Counted from the stretch's first letter, positions 29,041 through 38,543 are shown. The stretch is 43,527 bases of DNA from an uncultured Ignavibacteria bacterium (GCA_964631815.1 CAZWAO010000002.1:1-43527), one strand, 5' to 3'. Numbers and translations: made by a program. The notes: a model not told the origin generated them from the letters alone.

Positions 29041-31239
29041 CTAAGGATCGTAGTAGACCGTCACGCCTCGGGTCTGCAGGGTGGGAATGTATACGTTCTT
29101 CGAATCATCGGACAGAGGATTCTGATTGAGGCCCAGTTTGTCTCCGCTTCCCAAGCCCGAATTGAGCAGCAGAGGACTGATGTCGGATATATTGTTGGAG
29201 CGCAAATAGAGCTGCTCCAATGCCGTTAAGCCCGAAAACGGGCTCAGGTCGCTCACGTCGTTGAACTCCACGTACACCACCTTCAGTTTGGTCAGGCCAG
29301 CCAACGGCGTTACGTCGCTTATGTCTTCGCCCCATATGAAGAGGAATTGGAGGTTGGTCAGTCCCGATAAGGGACCGATGTCGCTGATCAGGTTGTTCAT
29401 CAATTCCAGATTCACTAACTTAGTCAGGCCGGCAAGCGGCTCGATGTCGCTGAAGGGATTGCTGGAGCAGAACAGGTACTGAAGATCAGTCAATCCGGAA
29501 AGGGGATCGATGTCGCCGATCTGGTTGTCCCTCAGGTTCAAATTCCACAGACCGGTCAAGTCTGCCAGCGCATCGATTTCGCTGATTTGGTTTTGAGACA
29601 GATTCAGATCCTCCAGCTTGGTCAAGGAGGCCAGCGCCCCAATATCAGCGATCTGATTGTTCACTAGGCTCAGAGTTAGAATGTTGACGCACTGCTCAAG
29701 TCCGGTCAGGTCGACGATTCCCATGCTGTCAGCCCTAAGCTCCTGAAGACTGAGAAGCTCGCTCTTGTGAATCTCCTGGCCGGGCTTGCCGAGCTGGGCT
29801 TCGATTGCCGACTCAAGACCTGTGTCGGGGAAGGTGAAGACCACGTCTGCAAACGGCGTGGCATTGACCACATTGGACCGGACGGACCAGTTCGCCGACT
29901 CGTCTTCCGTCTTCAGCGCAAAATAGTAAGTGGAATCGGTCTCCAAACCCGTCACCTCGAAGGTCTCGGTCGACCCCGCCGAATGGCATGTGACCGAGTC
30001 GGCGATGGCGGCCCCGCTCCAGCCGGCTACCACGGACGAGTCCGAGGCGTATCTGATTTCGTATTGATATGCCTTTCCCGAGATTCCGTCGTCGCCGGGT
30101 GCGGTCCAGACCAGGGTGGCCGAGGATGTCGATACGCTCTGAACCCACAGGTCGGTCACGGCAGCCGGCGGCGTAACGTCCACGTCCCAATGCACCGTGG
30201 CACCCCGGGCCACCAGAGCCGGTATATACACGTTCACGGATTGAAAGGAGAGCTGGTTGTAGGTGAGCCACACTTCATCTCCGCTTCCCAGACCCGTATT
30301 GGAGACCAGCGGCGCGATGTCGGCAACGTTGTTTCCCGTCAAATCCAAAGAACTGAGGTTCACCAGACCGGAGAGCGGGTTCAAATCCTCTACCTGATTC
30401 CAGCGCAGATCCAGCTTCTGCAGGTTGCTCAATCCGGCCAGCGGAGTGATGTCCTGGATTTGGTTCTGGCTCAGGTATAGCTGCTCCAGGGTGGTCAAGT
30501 CAGACAGTGGGTCAAGATCCGTTACTTGGTTGATCCCCAGGTTCAAAGTTTTCAACTTGCTCAGGCTGGACAACTCGCTGACGTCGCTGATGTCGTTATC
30601 TATCAAAGTCAGCGCGGTCAAGTTGGTGCATTGCCCCAGTCCGGACAAGTCGACTATTCCCTTGGCTTCGACCCAAAGGTCGACTATGGCCTGCAGGTCC
30701 AATCTGTGGATATCGCCCGAGGGCTGGTTGAGCTGATCCCTGATGGCCTTCTCAAGATTCGTGTCGGGAAAGGTCACCACCATGTCCTGAATACAGGTGG
30801 CGCTTGCCACGTTGGAGATGAACGACCAATTGTCCGCCTCGTCTGCTGCCCGAAGAGCGAAATAGTAAGTGCTGTCTTCCATCAACCCGCTAATGGTCAT
30901 GCTCTCCGCCGATCCGGCGGACTTGGGAGACGGCTCCCCGGTCACTTGCGTGGCCGAATCCCACTCCGACCAGAGGTTGTTGGTTTTGGAATATCTGATA
31001 TCATAAAGCGCCGCCGTCCCGGAGGTGGTATCGTCACCGGGGGCGGTCCAGCCGAGGGTGACCGAGCTTGGGGTAACGTTCTTGACGGCCAGGTCTGACA
31101 CGGTTGAGGGGGCGATGCCGTCGCCGGTTTCCTCATCATCGTCAACTCCCGTCGATTTCTTCGAGCACGAAAGAGTCAGAAGCAGCATAGCTGCTGCGAT
31201 ACAGAGAATGCACGCCAGACGGCCGAATCTCGATGACAT
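29041..31239 (-). CDS. surface lipoprotein with duplicated [FN3 + internalin-type leucine-rich repeat] architecture
   Basis: AAGGAG precedes the internal ATG at 31239; the track ORF extends to 31299. The signal and lipobox are AAAMLLLTLSC-SKK. There are two FN3 domains (LGWTAPGDD..YDIRYS and LVWTAPGDDG..YEIRYA). Each is followed by 22-residue LRRs of the form L..L.L..N.I.DI.PL.GL. Confidence 0.85.
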   Translation of the reverse strand: MSSRFGRLACILCIAAAMLLLTLSCSKKSTGVDDDEETGDGIAPSTVSDLAVKNVTPSSVTLGWTAPGDDTTSGTAALYDIRYSKTNNLWSEWDSATQVTGEPSPKSAGSAESMTISGLMEDSTYYFALRAADEADNWSFISNVASATCIQDMVVTFPDTNLEKAIRDQLNQPSGDIHRLDLQAIVDLWVEAKGIVDLSGLGQCTNLTALTLIDNDISDVSELSSLSKLKTLNLGINQVTDLDPLSDLTTLEQLYLSQNQIQDITPLAGLSNLQKLDLRWNQVEDLNPLSGLVNLSSLDLTGNNVADIAPLVSNTGLGSGDEVWLTYNQLSFQSVNVYIPALVARGATVHWDVDVTPPAAVTDLWVQSVSTSSATLVWTAPGDDGISGKAYQYEIRYASDSSVVAGWSGAAIADSVTCHSAGSTETFEVTGLETDSTYYFALKTEDESANWSVRSNVVNATPFADVVFTFPDTGLESAIEAQLGKPGQEIHKSELLSLQELRADSMGIVDLTGLEQCVNILTLSLVNNQIADIGALASLTKLEDLNLSQNQISEIDALADLTGLWNLNLRDNQIGDIDPLSGLTDLQYLFCSSNPFSDIEPLAGLTKLVNLELMNNLISDIGPLSGLTNLQFLFIWGEDISDVTPLAGLTKLKVVYVEFNDVSDLSPFSGLTALEQLYLRSNNISDISPLLLNSGLGSGDKLGLNQNPLSDDSKNVYIPTLQTRGVTVYYDP
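29110..29757 (-). repeat. tandem 66-nt (22-aa) LRR coding repeats, C-terminal array (about 9-10 units)
   Basis: A periodic LxxLxLxxNxIxDIxxLxxLT pattern in the translation. The nucleotide copies are diverged. Confidence 0.7.
30250..30702 (-). repeat. tandem 66-nt (22-aa) LRR coding repeats, N-terminal array (about 6-7 units)
   Basis: The same periodic pattern as the C-terminal array. Confidence 0.7.
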
Positions 31240-31374
31240 TGATCCTTGCTCCTTTCTACGCGACAGATCTTCTGCCGGGACGCCGAGCCAGAGCTGCAAG
31301 AGACGATTGGCTGGGTTGATGCTGTTTTTCCGGCGGACCTGCGTTCTCTTCTCCGTCGGAAGACTATTTCAATT

Positions 31375-31403
31375 AATCTACGATCCTGAATACGCATAGT
31401 CAA
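31375..31403 (-). promoter_or_regulatory. candidate sigma-70 promoter for the LRR gene
   Basis: On the minus strand: TTGACT (31403-31398), a 17-nt spacer, then TAGATT (31380-31375). Confidence 0.3.
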
Positions 31404-31476
31404 GCCCGGATTCGCTCTTAGCCTCCGTTTTCGTTACTCTTTTGCTGGTCTTTCAGCGACAGGAAAGCAGTACTCC

Positions 31477-32709
31477 TCAACCAATCTGGCCCCAGGGGAA
31501 CCCTATGAGAACCAGAAGCACTGCACAGAGCAGGAGGAAAAGAGAAGCCGGTAGCAGTACCCTATAGATTTCGGAGAAGCTAACTTTGAAATAATTCTTC
31601 GTCACCACCAAACAGAGATGCACCGGCGACAGCATGACGCCCATGAACCCCGCGCCATACGCCAGCATCATGTAGCCGTAATCCACGCCCTGGGGCGCCA
31701 GAAAGGAAAGAAGAACAGGATAGGAGATGGCGATGAAGGCCGATGTCATGCCGGTCAGGATTCCCACGGCGAAGGGAACCATAAGTACGGCGAAAATGGG
31801 GGATATTCCGGCCTGTGCCAAAGAACCGGGTATGGTCTGAATGGCCCCGGACACGGTGATCAGCTTCTTGAAGATCATCACCGCCAAGATCAGTGTCACG
31901 ATCTCCGGGCTTATGGCGCATTTTATCATCTGAAGCCATCTTCCGGCTCGGAGCCGCTTGATGAGGCCAAAGACGAGCAAGGCCAAAAACAGCGCCAAAG
32001 CGATGTCCACCCCAGCGAGCAGATTCAATCCCACCACGGCCAGAACCGGCAGTATTCCTACCAGGGTCAGCTTGAGGTTCTTCGCCCAAGCTTCTGAGGT
32101 TTGACTTTCGTCTCCGTGGACCTTGATCCGTGGGGTCAGGAAGATGACTCCCCCCAGAATCATGGCCAAACTCAAAGGCAATTGTGCGAGGATCACCTGC
32201 CGCAGGCTGATGTGCAGAAGAGAGGCGGACAACACCACTCCCAGATACAGCGGCCAGGTGAACTCCAGGATGTGCCTGAACCAGTAGTTCACCGTCATCA
32301 TCACGTTGGCGGGGACATTCTTCCTCTTTCCCACCTGCTCCACCATGGGGGCGGACATCATGGCTCCGGCGGGCATGGGAAGAAGTCCCACCAGCGCCGG
32401 CAGAAACATCAGAAGAAGCTTAGTGCTCTTAAACAACCCCTCCAGACCGGCGCTCAGACTCTCCAGGCTCTTGACGGCCTTGAGAAAATCACCGAAGACC
32501 AGGATCAGAAGCACTATGATCAGGAGGTGGATAGTCGGCCATTCTACTGCGGCCATTCCGGAGTTCTTCAGGATTTGGATAGGCGAGAGTCGAAAAAGCA
32601 AGCCCAGAAAAAAACCGCCGGCCAGGATGCTCAAACCCAAAGGTACGCGTTTTCTCACCAGCAAGAGTATCAGAAGAAAAACCAACAGCAGTTTTAGTAA
32701 CTCGAACAT
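31477..32709 (-). CDS. multi-pass inner-membrane protein (DUF401-like, putative transporter)
   Basis: 410 aa, almost entirely hydrophobic, with at least 10 predicted TM segments. The N-terminus (MFELLKLLLVFLLILLLVRKRVPLGL) and the size resemble the DUF401/COG1906 family. The family assignment is from memory only. Confidence 0.6.
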   Translation of the reverse strand: MFELLKLLLVFLLILLLVRKRVPLGLSILAGGFFLGLLFRLSPIQILKNSGMAAVEWPTIHLLIIVLLILVFGDFLKAVKSLESLSAGLEGLFKSTKLLLMFLPALVGLLPMPAGAMMSAPMVEQVGKRKNVPANVMMTVNYWFRHILEFTWPLYLGVVLSASLLHISLRQVILAQLPLSLAMILGGVIFLTPRIKVHGDESQTSEAWAKNLKLTLVGILPVLAVVGLNLLAGVDIALALFLALLVFGLIKRLRAGRWLQMIKCAISPEIVTLILAVMIFKKLITVSGAIQTIPGSLAQAGISPIFAVLMVPFAVGILTGMTSAFIAISYPVLLSFLAPQGVDYGYMMLAYGAGFMGVMLSPVHLCLVVTKNYFKVSFSEIYRVLLPASLFLLLCAVLLVLIGFPWGQIG

Positions 32710-32975
32710 GGGTGCCCTTTCAATTGATCACCATGCTAATACATGCGATCCGAAAATCAATGGTTTTTTCAGGAACTCCTCAATTTCGTTACTCTCTGGC
32801 GTTCCCTCGAAACACCACAACCACCTCTTGCAGAGGAAATAGCCACCCAGGCAACAGGAAAAAGACTGTTCGTGAGGACATGAGACGGCAAAGTACTGCC
32901 GTACGGTATCTACCGACGCTACGGTCACTACCACAGCGCAATACCCCCCACCTACCGATGATGTCGGGCTAAAAG

Positions 32976-33061
32976 TGCCGGAGGTCGGAATCGAACCGAC
33001 ACGAGGTTTGAGCCTCACCGGATTTTGAGTCCGGCGCGTCTACCAGTTTCACCACTCCGGC
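32976..33061 (-). tRNA. tRNA-Leu (anticodon CAA), class II with long variable arm, CCA not encoded
   Basis: The reverse complement is GCCGGAGTGGTGAAACTGGTAGACGCGCCGGACTCAAAATCCGGTGAGGCTCAAACCTCGTGTCGGTTCGATTCCGACCTCCGGCA. The acceptor is GCCGGAG/CTCCGGC. The anticodon stem is CCGGA/TCCGG with loop CTCAAAA. The T arm is GTCGG-TTCGATT-CCGAC. It is very close to E. coli tRNA-Leu(CAA). Confidence 0.93.
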
Positions 33062-33071
33062 TCCGGGTGAG

Positions 33072-33100
33072 ATTATACGTCCGCTCGAAGTCAAAGTCAA
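33072..33100 (-). promoter_or_regulatory. sigma-70 promoter of tRNA-Leu (TTGACT-N17-TATAAT)
   Basis: On the minus strand: TTGACT (33100-33095), an exact 17-nt spacer, then a perfect TATAAT (33077-33072). The -10 element ends 10 nt before the mature tRNA 5' end. Confidence 0.65.
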
Positions 33101-33213
33101 GCGAAAACGGCCTTCAGAATAAACCTCGGGAAGGGGCTTAAGACACTACTCAACAAACCAACCTTATTGCCTTATGAGGACTCGTCTTGAGGGTAATGGA
33201 AATCGGGAAGGGA

Positions 33214-35712
33214 TTAGATGCGGATGCTGCGGGTCACTACGAAGCTGGAGACGAACTCTTTCATCACTCTGGTGATCTCTTCTGCGTCCTGGTATCTGTC
33301 CTCGGGGTTCTTGGCCATGGCCCTGGAAACCACCCGGTCGAAGATAACAGGACTCTTGTCGTCCACGCTGGAAGGAGGAACAGGCTCCTGGTTTACGATA
33401 CGGTACATAAGTGAGCTTATGTTCTCTCCCTGGAAGGGTTTCTGCCCGGTGAGAAGCTCGTAGATCACCACTCCCAGAGAGAAGATGTCCGATCTCTTGT
33501 CCGCCGGCTTTCCCTCCAACTGTTCCGGCGAGATGTAGTGAGGAGTTCCCATGGCCACGTTGCTCTTGGTCAGCGAGGTGGACTCCAGCCTGGCTATCCC
33601 GAAGTCCATCACCTTGACGTGAAAATCCTCCAACAGCATGATGTTGGCCGGCTTGATGTCCCGATGCACTATGCCGTGCTGGTGAGCGTAGCTTAGAGCC
33701 TCGCAGGTCTGCATGATGATCTTGGCCACTATCCGGTAGTTGAGCACTCCCCTCTTCTGAATGAAATCCTCCAGGGTATAGCCGGAGAGGTACTCCATGG
33801 CGATATAGTGCAATCCGGCCTCCTCGCCTACGTCATAGATGGTGACGATGTTCGGATGGGACAGCTTTCCCGCCGCCTTGGCCTCTTGCATCAGCCGCTG
33901 TTTCAGCTCTGACATCTCTGACGGGGAGAATGCGAAATCCAGCCGAAGGGTTTTAAGAGCCACCGGCCTGTCCAGGACCGGATCCAGCCCTTTGTACACC
34001 GTCCCCATCCCGCCCTTGCCCAAAACCTCTATGATCTTGTACCGGCCGAATTGTGAGACGGAGGAACCCTCCCCCAGGGATAGAGGCGTGGCGTTTGTAG
34101 GAGTGGAGGTGTCGAGCTTTGGCGTCTCCGGAAGCTTCATGGTTTGCTCGGCTGACGATTCCGACTGACCGGTGGGCGACGGAGTCTGTCTTCTGCCGCC
34201 GGTCTCTTCAAAATTCGGCTGGCGGACGTGTGAGTCGGAGTCGCTTCCCGCCTGCTCCGCCGGCTCCTCGATCACCACCGGGGTGGAGGTCTGATTCTTG
34301 ACTTCCACCTGTTGTTCGGAGTCGTCCGAAACGACTGTCGGTTCGGGATGAGACTCGCGGTCCTCCGCTTCGGAGGGAATCATCTCGGGCGTCTCTCTTG
34401 CTGAACGTTTGGGCTTGATGGCCGGCGAAGCCAACAGGAACAAAACCAGCTCCAGAAGGGGATAAATCGGTTTGGTCAGTATACCGAATGAGGAAAAAAG
34501 GATGTAACTGAAGTTGAAGACCACGAAAAGGAACACCAGCAGGATCACGATTCGGTAAGTCAACGACACGTTGGGGAGGACCAGAGCACAGAATACACCG
34601 ATAGCTACCAGCGTCAGGAGGGCCCATATGGCCGAAAGGTGCGTCAGGAAGTCACGCTGGATGATGTTCTCGGCCACCGTGGCGATCCGCTCCACCTCGT
34701 TTATCTCTCCGAAGGCCGGTATCTTTATCCAGGTCTTGGACTCGGTGGAGGTCAAACCCACCAGCACGATTTTGTTCTTGAACGTACGCGGATTGACCTC
34801 GCCGTTGAACAACTTCAGAGCCGAGACTCTCTCGAAGCTGGTGTTGGGACCGCGATAGTCCACCAGCATCTGCCCGCCCTTGTCGGTGGGGATCAGGGTC
34901 TTCCCCAACGCCAAACCGTTATCCTCCGACAAGCTGATTTGATCGGGCTTCACGTCCAAGTAAGCCCCTGCCACCTGCAGTCCGAACGACGGGTACAGTT
35001 GACCGTCGTAGTCGATTAAAAGTTGTTCTCTTCTCACCAACTGGTCATTATCATACTGGATGTTGATGTGTCCGAAACCATATGCTGCTTCCGCTAAGGC
35101 CGGGCTGGGGTAGTATACCTGTCTGGCGGAAACCGGCCAGGAGCTGCTTTTTCCCGAGTCCTTGCCGCCGGCAATGGCCGACCTGGTTATCCAGGCTGGA
35201 GCGGATTCGGGGGCCATTCCCACGTCGGAGAGACTGAAATAGATGGGAAGGATAACGTTGCCCGTGGCGTAGATCTCGTCCGCCAGGATGCCGGTGCGAC
35301 CGGAGGTATCCTCATCCACCTGTTCCGGCAAAAAGACGTCCAGGCCAATGGCCCTGGGCGATCCCCGCGATACCAGGAAAACCAATTGAGCCAGAAGATC
35401 CCGATTCCAGGGCCAGCGCGCTATGTTGTCAACCGACTGGTCGTCGATGCCCACCACCACGATCTCCGAGGGAGTGGCTTCCATTTTTCCCCGAAACTTG
35501 AACATCCCGTCCTGCATGCGGGTGGCCGTCCTCTCCAGAAACCCGTATTTTCCGGCATATAAGGAGAGCACCAGAATGGTGATGAGAACGTACAGAATCA
35601 GCCCGGAGAACCTACCCCGCAGTTGAGCGGAAATGGATTTCAAGTCGCCCATCCCCTTTCCGGCAGCTTGCCTATCCTGTCGACTTCGGCCCTGTAATCG
35701 CAATCTGAACAT
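33214..35712 (-). CDS. CHASE2 sensor domain - transmembrane - Hanks-type Ser/Thr protein kinase
   Basis: One N-terminal TM segment is followed by a CHASE2 block (VVVGIDDQSVDNIARWPWNRDLLAQLV) and then three TM helices. A Ser/Thr/Pro/Glu-rich linker leads to the kinase, whose motifs are GKGGMGTVY, VALKTL, HRDIKPANIM, MDFGIA and GTPHYISPE. The start is uncertain: ATG 35712 or ATG 35652. Confidence 0.85.
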   Translation of the reverse strand: MFRLRLQGRSRQDRQAAGKGMGDLKSISAQLRGRFSGLILYVLITILVLSLYAGKYGFLERTATRMQDGMFKFRGKMEATPSEIVVVGIDDQSVDNIARWPWNRDLLAQLVFLVSRGSPRAIGLDVFLPEQVDEDTSGRTGILADEIYATGNVILPIYFSLSDVGMAPESAPAWITRSAIAGGKDSGKSSSWPVSARQVYYPSPALAEAAYGFGHINIQYDNDQLVRREQLLIDYDGQLYPSFGLQVAGAYLDVKPDQISLSEDNGLALGKTLIPTDKGGQMLVDYRGPNTSFERVSALKLFNGEVNPRTFKNKIVLVGLTSTESKTWIKIPAFGEINEVERIATVAENIIQRDFLTHLSAIWALLTLVAIGVFCALVLPNVSLTYRIVILLVFLFVVFNFSYILFSSFGILTKPIYPLLELVLFLLASPAIKPKRSARETPEMIPSEAEDRESHPEPTVVSDDSEQQVEVKNQTSTPVVIEEPAEQAGSDSDSHVRQPNFEETGGRRQTPSPTGQSESSAEQTMKLPETPKLDTSTPTNATPLSLGEGSSVSQFGRYKIIEVLGKGGMGTVYKGLDPVLDRPVALKTLRLDFAFSPSEMSELKQRLMQEAKAAGKLSHPNIVTIYDVGEEAGLHYIAMEYLSGYTLEDFIQKRGVLNYRIVAKIIMQTCEALSYAHQHGIVHRDIKPANIMLLEDFHVKVMDFGIARLESTSLTKSNVAMGTPHYISPEQLEGKPADKRSDIFSLGVVIYELLTGQKPFQGENISSLMYRIVNQEPVPPSSVDDKSPVIFDRVVSRAMAKNPEDRYQDAEEITRVMKEFVSSFVVTRSIRI

Positions 35713-35852
35713 AATGGGTTATCCGGTCCTTCTGGTGTGAAGCGCCCAGAGGTCCCCTGAGCCGCCCCTTCACCGCCTATCGGCTGCACAGAATGGATAA
35801 TCTGATTTGCCGCCCCTTGCGAAAAGTCATGGAAGCTGCCCCCTGCGGCCGG

Positions 35853-36581
35853 CTAACGTCCCACTGCCAGCCTGTCGATGAGAAACTGCGGCAGCCCCCG
35901 CTTTTTCATCTTCTCCTGAGTCTTCTTAAAATCGTAATCCAGCCTCTTCAGCGTGACCGTTTTTTTGTCTGCATCGTAGATCATAAAGCACGCCTTGTTG
36001 GACCCGTCCCGCGGCTGTCCCACCGATCCGATGTTCACAATGTACCTGAAATCCTTGGCGATCTCGCTCTGGTTATCCTCATGCAAGAAGCAGTGCCGGC
36101 CGTTGAACTTTTTTATGATGGCGGGAAAGTGAGAGTGCCCGATTATACACATCTGTTTGCCGAAGAAGCCGAAGTTCTCCTCGGCATCGTCCAGATCGAA
36201 GATGTAGTTCCATTGGTTCGGCTCCTTGGGAGTCGAATGTACCAGATGAGCTTGATCGAATTCGTGTTCCATCGAGAAGCCGGAGAGGATCTTCAGACTC
36301 TTCTCGGTCAGGACGCTCCTGGTCCATTCCATGGCCTGCTGGGCGTATTCGTTGAACAAGGTGGTCTCGATCAGCCCCAGAGCGGCGTAATCATGGTTGC
36401 CCATCAGCTTGACGTCGGTCAAACCGTCGATGAGCGAGACGCACTCGTTGGGATCCGGCCCATAGCCTACCGCATCTCCCAAGAAGAACATCCGGTCCAG
36501 CTTCTCTTTGCGAAAATCCTGGACCACCGCCTCCAGAGCTTCCAGATTGGAATGCACGTCTGAGAAAAATCCATATCTCAT
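35853..36581 (-). CDS. calcineurin-like metallophosphoesterase (probable partner phosphatase)
   Basis: Motifs present are SDVHSN, LGDAVGYGPDP, GNHD and GHSH. The start overlaps the FHA gene stop by 1 nt (TAATG). Confidence 0.78.
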   Translation of the reverse strand: MRYGFFSDVHSNLEALEAVVQDFRKEKLDRMFFLGDAVGYGPDPNECVSLIDGLTDVKLMGNHDYAALGLIETTLFNEYAQQAMEWTRSVLTEKSLKILSGFSMEHEFDQAHLVHSTPKEPNQWNYIFDLDDAEENFGFFGKQMCIIGHSHFPAIIKKFNGRHCFLHEDNQSEIAKDFRYIVNIGSVGQPRDGSNKACFMIYDADKKTVTLKRLDYDFKKTQEKMKKRGLPQFLIDRLAVGR

Positions 36582-37273
36582 TATGTCTGTCCCTGGACGA
36601 AGCGGAACACCGATTTGCCCACCTCGATCAAATCGTCGTTTCTCAGCCTTTGTCTCTGAACGCCCTCACCGTTAATCCGCACCTTGCCCTTGCGTCCCAG
36701 GTTCACCAGCAGAAAAGCGTCCTTGTCCTTTACGATCTTGGCCTGCATCCGGGAGACCAAAAATCCCTTTACCGGCACGTTCACGAACCTGGCCTTGCCG
36801 AAGGTGGTCACCGGGCCCTCCAAAGCATACTGCTTCTGCTCGGCCCCCTCTTCCCCCAAAAGTACCGGGCCGCCGGCGGTTCGCGCTATCTCCCTGGCCT
36901 GCTTGTCCTTCTCCAAAAGCTCCCGCTGTCGGCGGGTCTTGAGCACCATGGTCCCGTCCATGTCCACCAGCTGTGCCTCTTTGGGCGCATCCCGGTGATA
37001 TATCAGGTCGAACTTGCCGATGGTGATCCGATCGTCATCCTTGAGGATTTCCTCGGTGACCTTGCGGCTGTTGACGAAGGTTCCGTTGAGGCTTTCATTG
37101 TCCATGATCAGCGCGGAGTCTCCGTCGAACTCCAGCAGGGCGTGCTTTCTGGAAACCCCCTTGTTGTCCAAAACGATGTCGTTGTCCGGGGTTCTCCCGA
37201 TGCTGATTCTCTTTTTCTCGGTAACCACCCTTTCGATCACCCTGTCTTCGAATTTCACCACGATCTCAGGCAT
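36581..37273 (-). CDS. FHA-domain protein (canonical N-terminal FHA plus a degenerate C-terminal FHA-like domain)
   Basis: The N-terminal FHA reads ISIGRTPDNDIVLDNKGVSRKHALLEF...NESLNGTFVN...ITIG. A second beta-rich domain ends in VRINGEGV...DLIEVGKSVFRF. Confidence 0.85.
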   Translation of the reverse strand: MPEIVVKFEDRVIERVVTEKKRISIGRTPDNDIVLDNKGVSRKHALLEFDGDSALIMDNESLNGTFVNSRKVTEEILKDDDRITIGKFDLIYHRDAPKEAQLVDMDGTMVLKTRRQRELLEKDKQAREIARTAGGPVLLGEEGAEQKQYALEGPVTTFGKARFVNVPVKGFLVSRMQAKIVKDKDAFLLVNLGRKGKVRINGEGVQRQRLRNDDLIEVGKSVFRFVQGQT

Positions 37274-37306
37274 GCTCCCCCCCTTTCCTTACCCTCTTGG
37301 GGTAAA

Positions 37307-37335
37307 ACGATAAGGTCTGCCGATTGGTTTGTCAA
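37307..37335 (-). promoter_or_regulatory. candidate sigma-70 promoter for the FHA/phosphatase/kinase operon
   Basis: On the minus strand: a perfect TTGACA (37335-37330), a 17-nt spacer, then TATCGT (37312-37307). It lies 34 nt upstream of ATG 37273. Confidence 0.45.
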
Positions 37336-37398
37336 TCTTTTTGTCGGGACGGTCGTCTTCCCGGTGGCAAGGGTTCCAGTCGCTTCTCTCGGAACCGT

Positions 37399-37427
37399 TT
37401 GCATCCTGTTTCGACTCTTCTTATATT
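37399..37427 (+). promoter_or_regulatory. candidate promoter for dusB (TTGCAT-N17-TATATT), geometry compatible with a leaderless mRNA
   Basis: TTGCAT at 37399-37404, a 17-nt spacer, then TATATT at 37422-37427. The ATG at 37434 begins 7 nt after the -10 element, and no SD sequence precedes it. Confidence 0.3.
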
Positions 37428-37433
37428 GTCGAC

Positions 37434-38432
37434 ATGAATGTGGGAAACTTGATTTTAGAGGGAAAGGTGATCTTAGCTCCCCTGGCGGGAGTGGCCGACG
37501 CGGCTTTTCGTCTGATGGCCAAACGATTCGGTGCGGCTTTAGTTTACACCGAGATGATATCCGCCGAGGGGGTATTGCGTGGTAACCCCGGCACCCGCGA
37601 GCTGCTGGATTTCGCCCCGGAGGAAAGGCCTATCGGCGTCCAACTCTTCGGTTCCGATCCGATCAGCATGGGTTCGGCCTGCAAGAAAGTCAACCAGATC
37701 AAACCTGAACTCATCGACCTAAACTGCGGCTGCCCGGTGAGAAAAGTGGTGGGGAAAAACGGCGGAGCTGCTTTGTTGAAGGATCTTAATCTGCTGGAGA
37801 AGATGCTCTCGGCAATGGTGGCCTCTGCGGAGTCTCCGGTCACGGTGAAAACCAGAAGCGGGTGGGACAAAGACCGCCTGGTGGCGGTCGAAGTGGCCCG
37901 GATGGCTCAGGATTGTGGTGCCGCTGCCGTCACGGTCCATCCCCGCACCCAGAGGGATGGGTTCTCCAACCGGGCGGACTGGGAGGTGATAGCCCAGGTG
38001 AAGCAGTCGGTCAACATACCGGTGATAGGCTCGGGCGACGTTTTCTCCCCTCAAGACGTCAAAGACATGCTGGATCGCACCGGCTGCGACGCGGTGATGA
38101 TAGGTAGAGGCTCTTTCGGCAATCCCTGGATATTCTCCCGCACCAATCACTTCCTGAAGCACGGTCAATTGCCGCCCGAACCGTCCATCCGGGAGAGGAT
38201 CGAAACCTGCCTGGCGCACGTCGAACTATCAACCAAACGACACGGGGAGAAGTTCGGGGTGATAAGAATGCGGAAACACATGGCCTGGTATACCTCGGGC
38301 ATGCCCAAAGCCAGGGAGTTAAGGCAGCAGCTGTTCAGCCTGGAAACGCTCCGGCAAGTTCAGCAGGTTTTTCACCGGTATCTGGTCGAAATCCAGGGGG
38401 CGAGCGAGCTGGCACCCGATGGGGGTCGGTGA
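37434..38432 (+). CDS. dusB: tRNA-dihydrouridine synthase
   Basis: I prefer the internal ATG at 37434 of ORF 37329..38432. The product is a Dus-family TIM barrel with LAPLAGVADAAFR, DLNCGCP (catalytic Cys), VTVKTRSGW, VTVHPRT and GSGD. Confidence 0.87.
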   Translation: MNVGNLILEGKVILAPLAGVADAAFRLMAKRFGAALVYTEMISAEGVLRGNPGTRELLDFAPEERPIGVQLFGSDPISMGSACKKVNQIKPELIDLNCGCPVRKVVGKNGGAALLKDLNLLEKMLSAMVASAESPVTVKTRSGWDKDRLVAVEVARMAQDCGAAAVTVHPRTQRDGFSNRADWEVIAQVKQSVNIPVIGSGDVFSPQDVKDMLDRTGCDAVMIGRGSFGNPWIFSRTNHFLKHGQLPPEPSIRERIETCLAHVELSTKRHGEKFGVIRMRKHMAWYTSGMPKARELRQQLFSLETLRQVQQVFHRYLVEIQGASELAPDGGR

Positions 38433-38543
38433 CCCCATGGTGGGCGGAGACGGTCCCGCCTGCAACGCTTAGTCTTTCCATGGGCAAAACTCCGGAGCAG
38501 GTCTACGGCGAGGGCCGAAGGGTCGGGACCACAGCTTTTTTCT

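Noticed and set aside
37391-37406. A sigma-54-like GGAACCGTTTGCATCC on the plus strand upstream of dusB, similar in wording to the protease promoter.
   Set aside because: The GG and GC elements are separated by 8 nt instead of the required 10. The TTGCAT is better explained as a sigma-70 -35 element.
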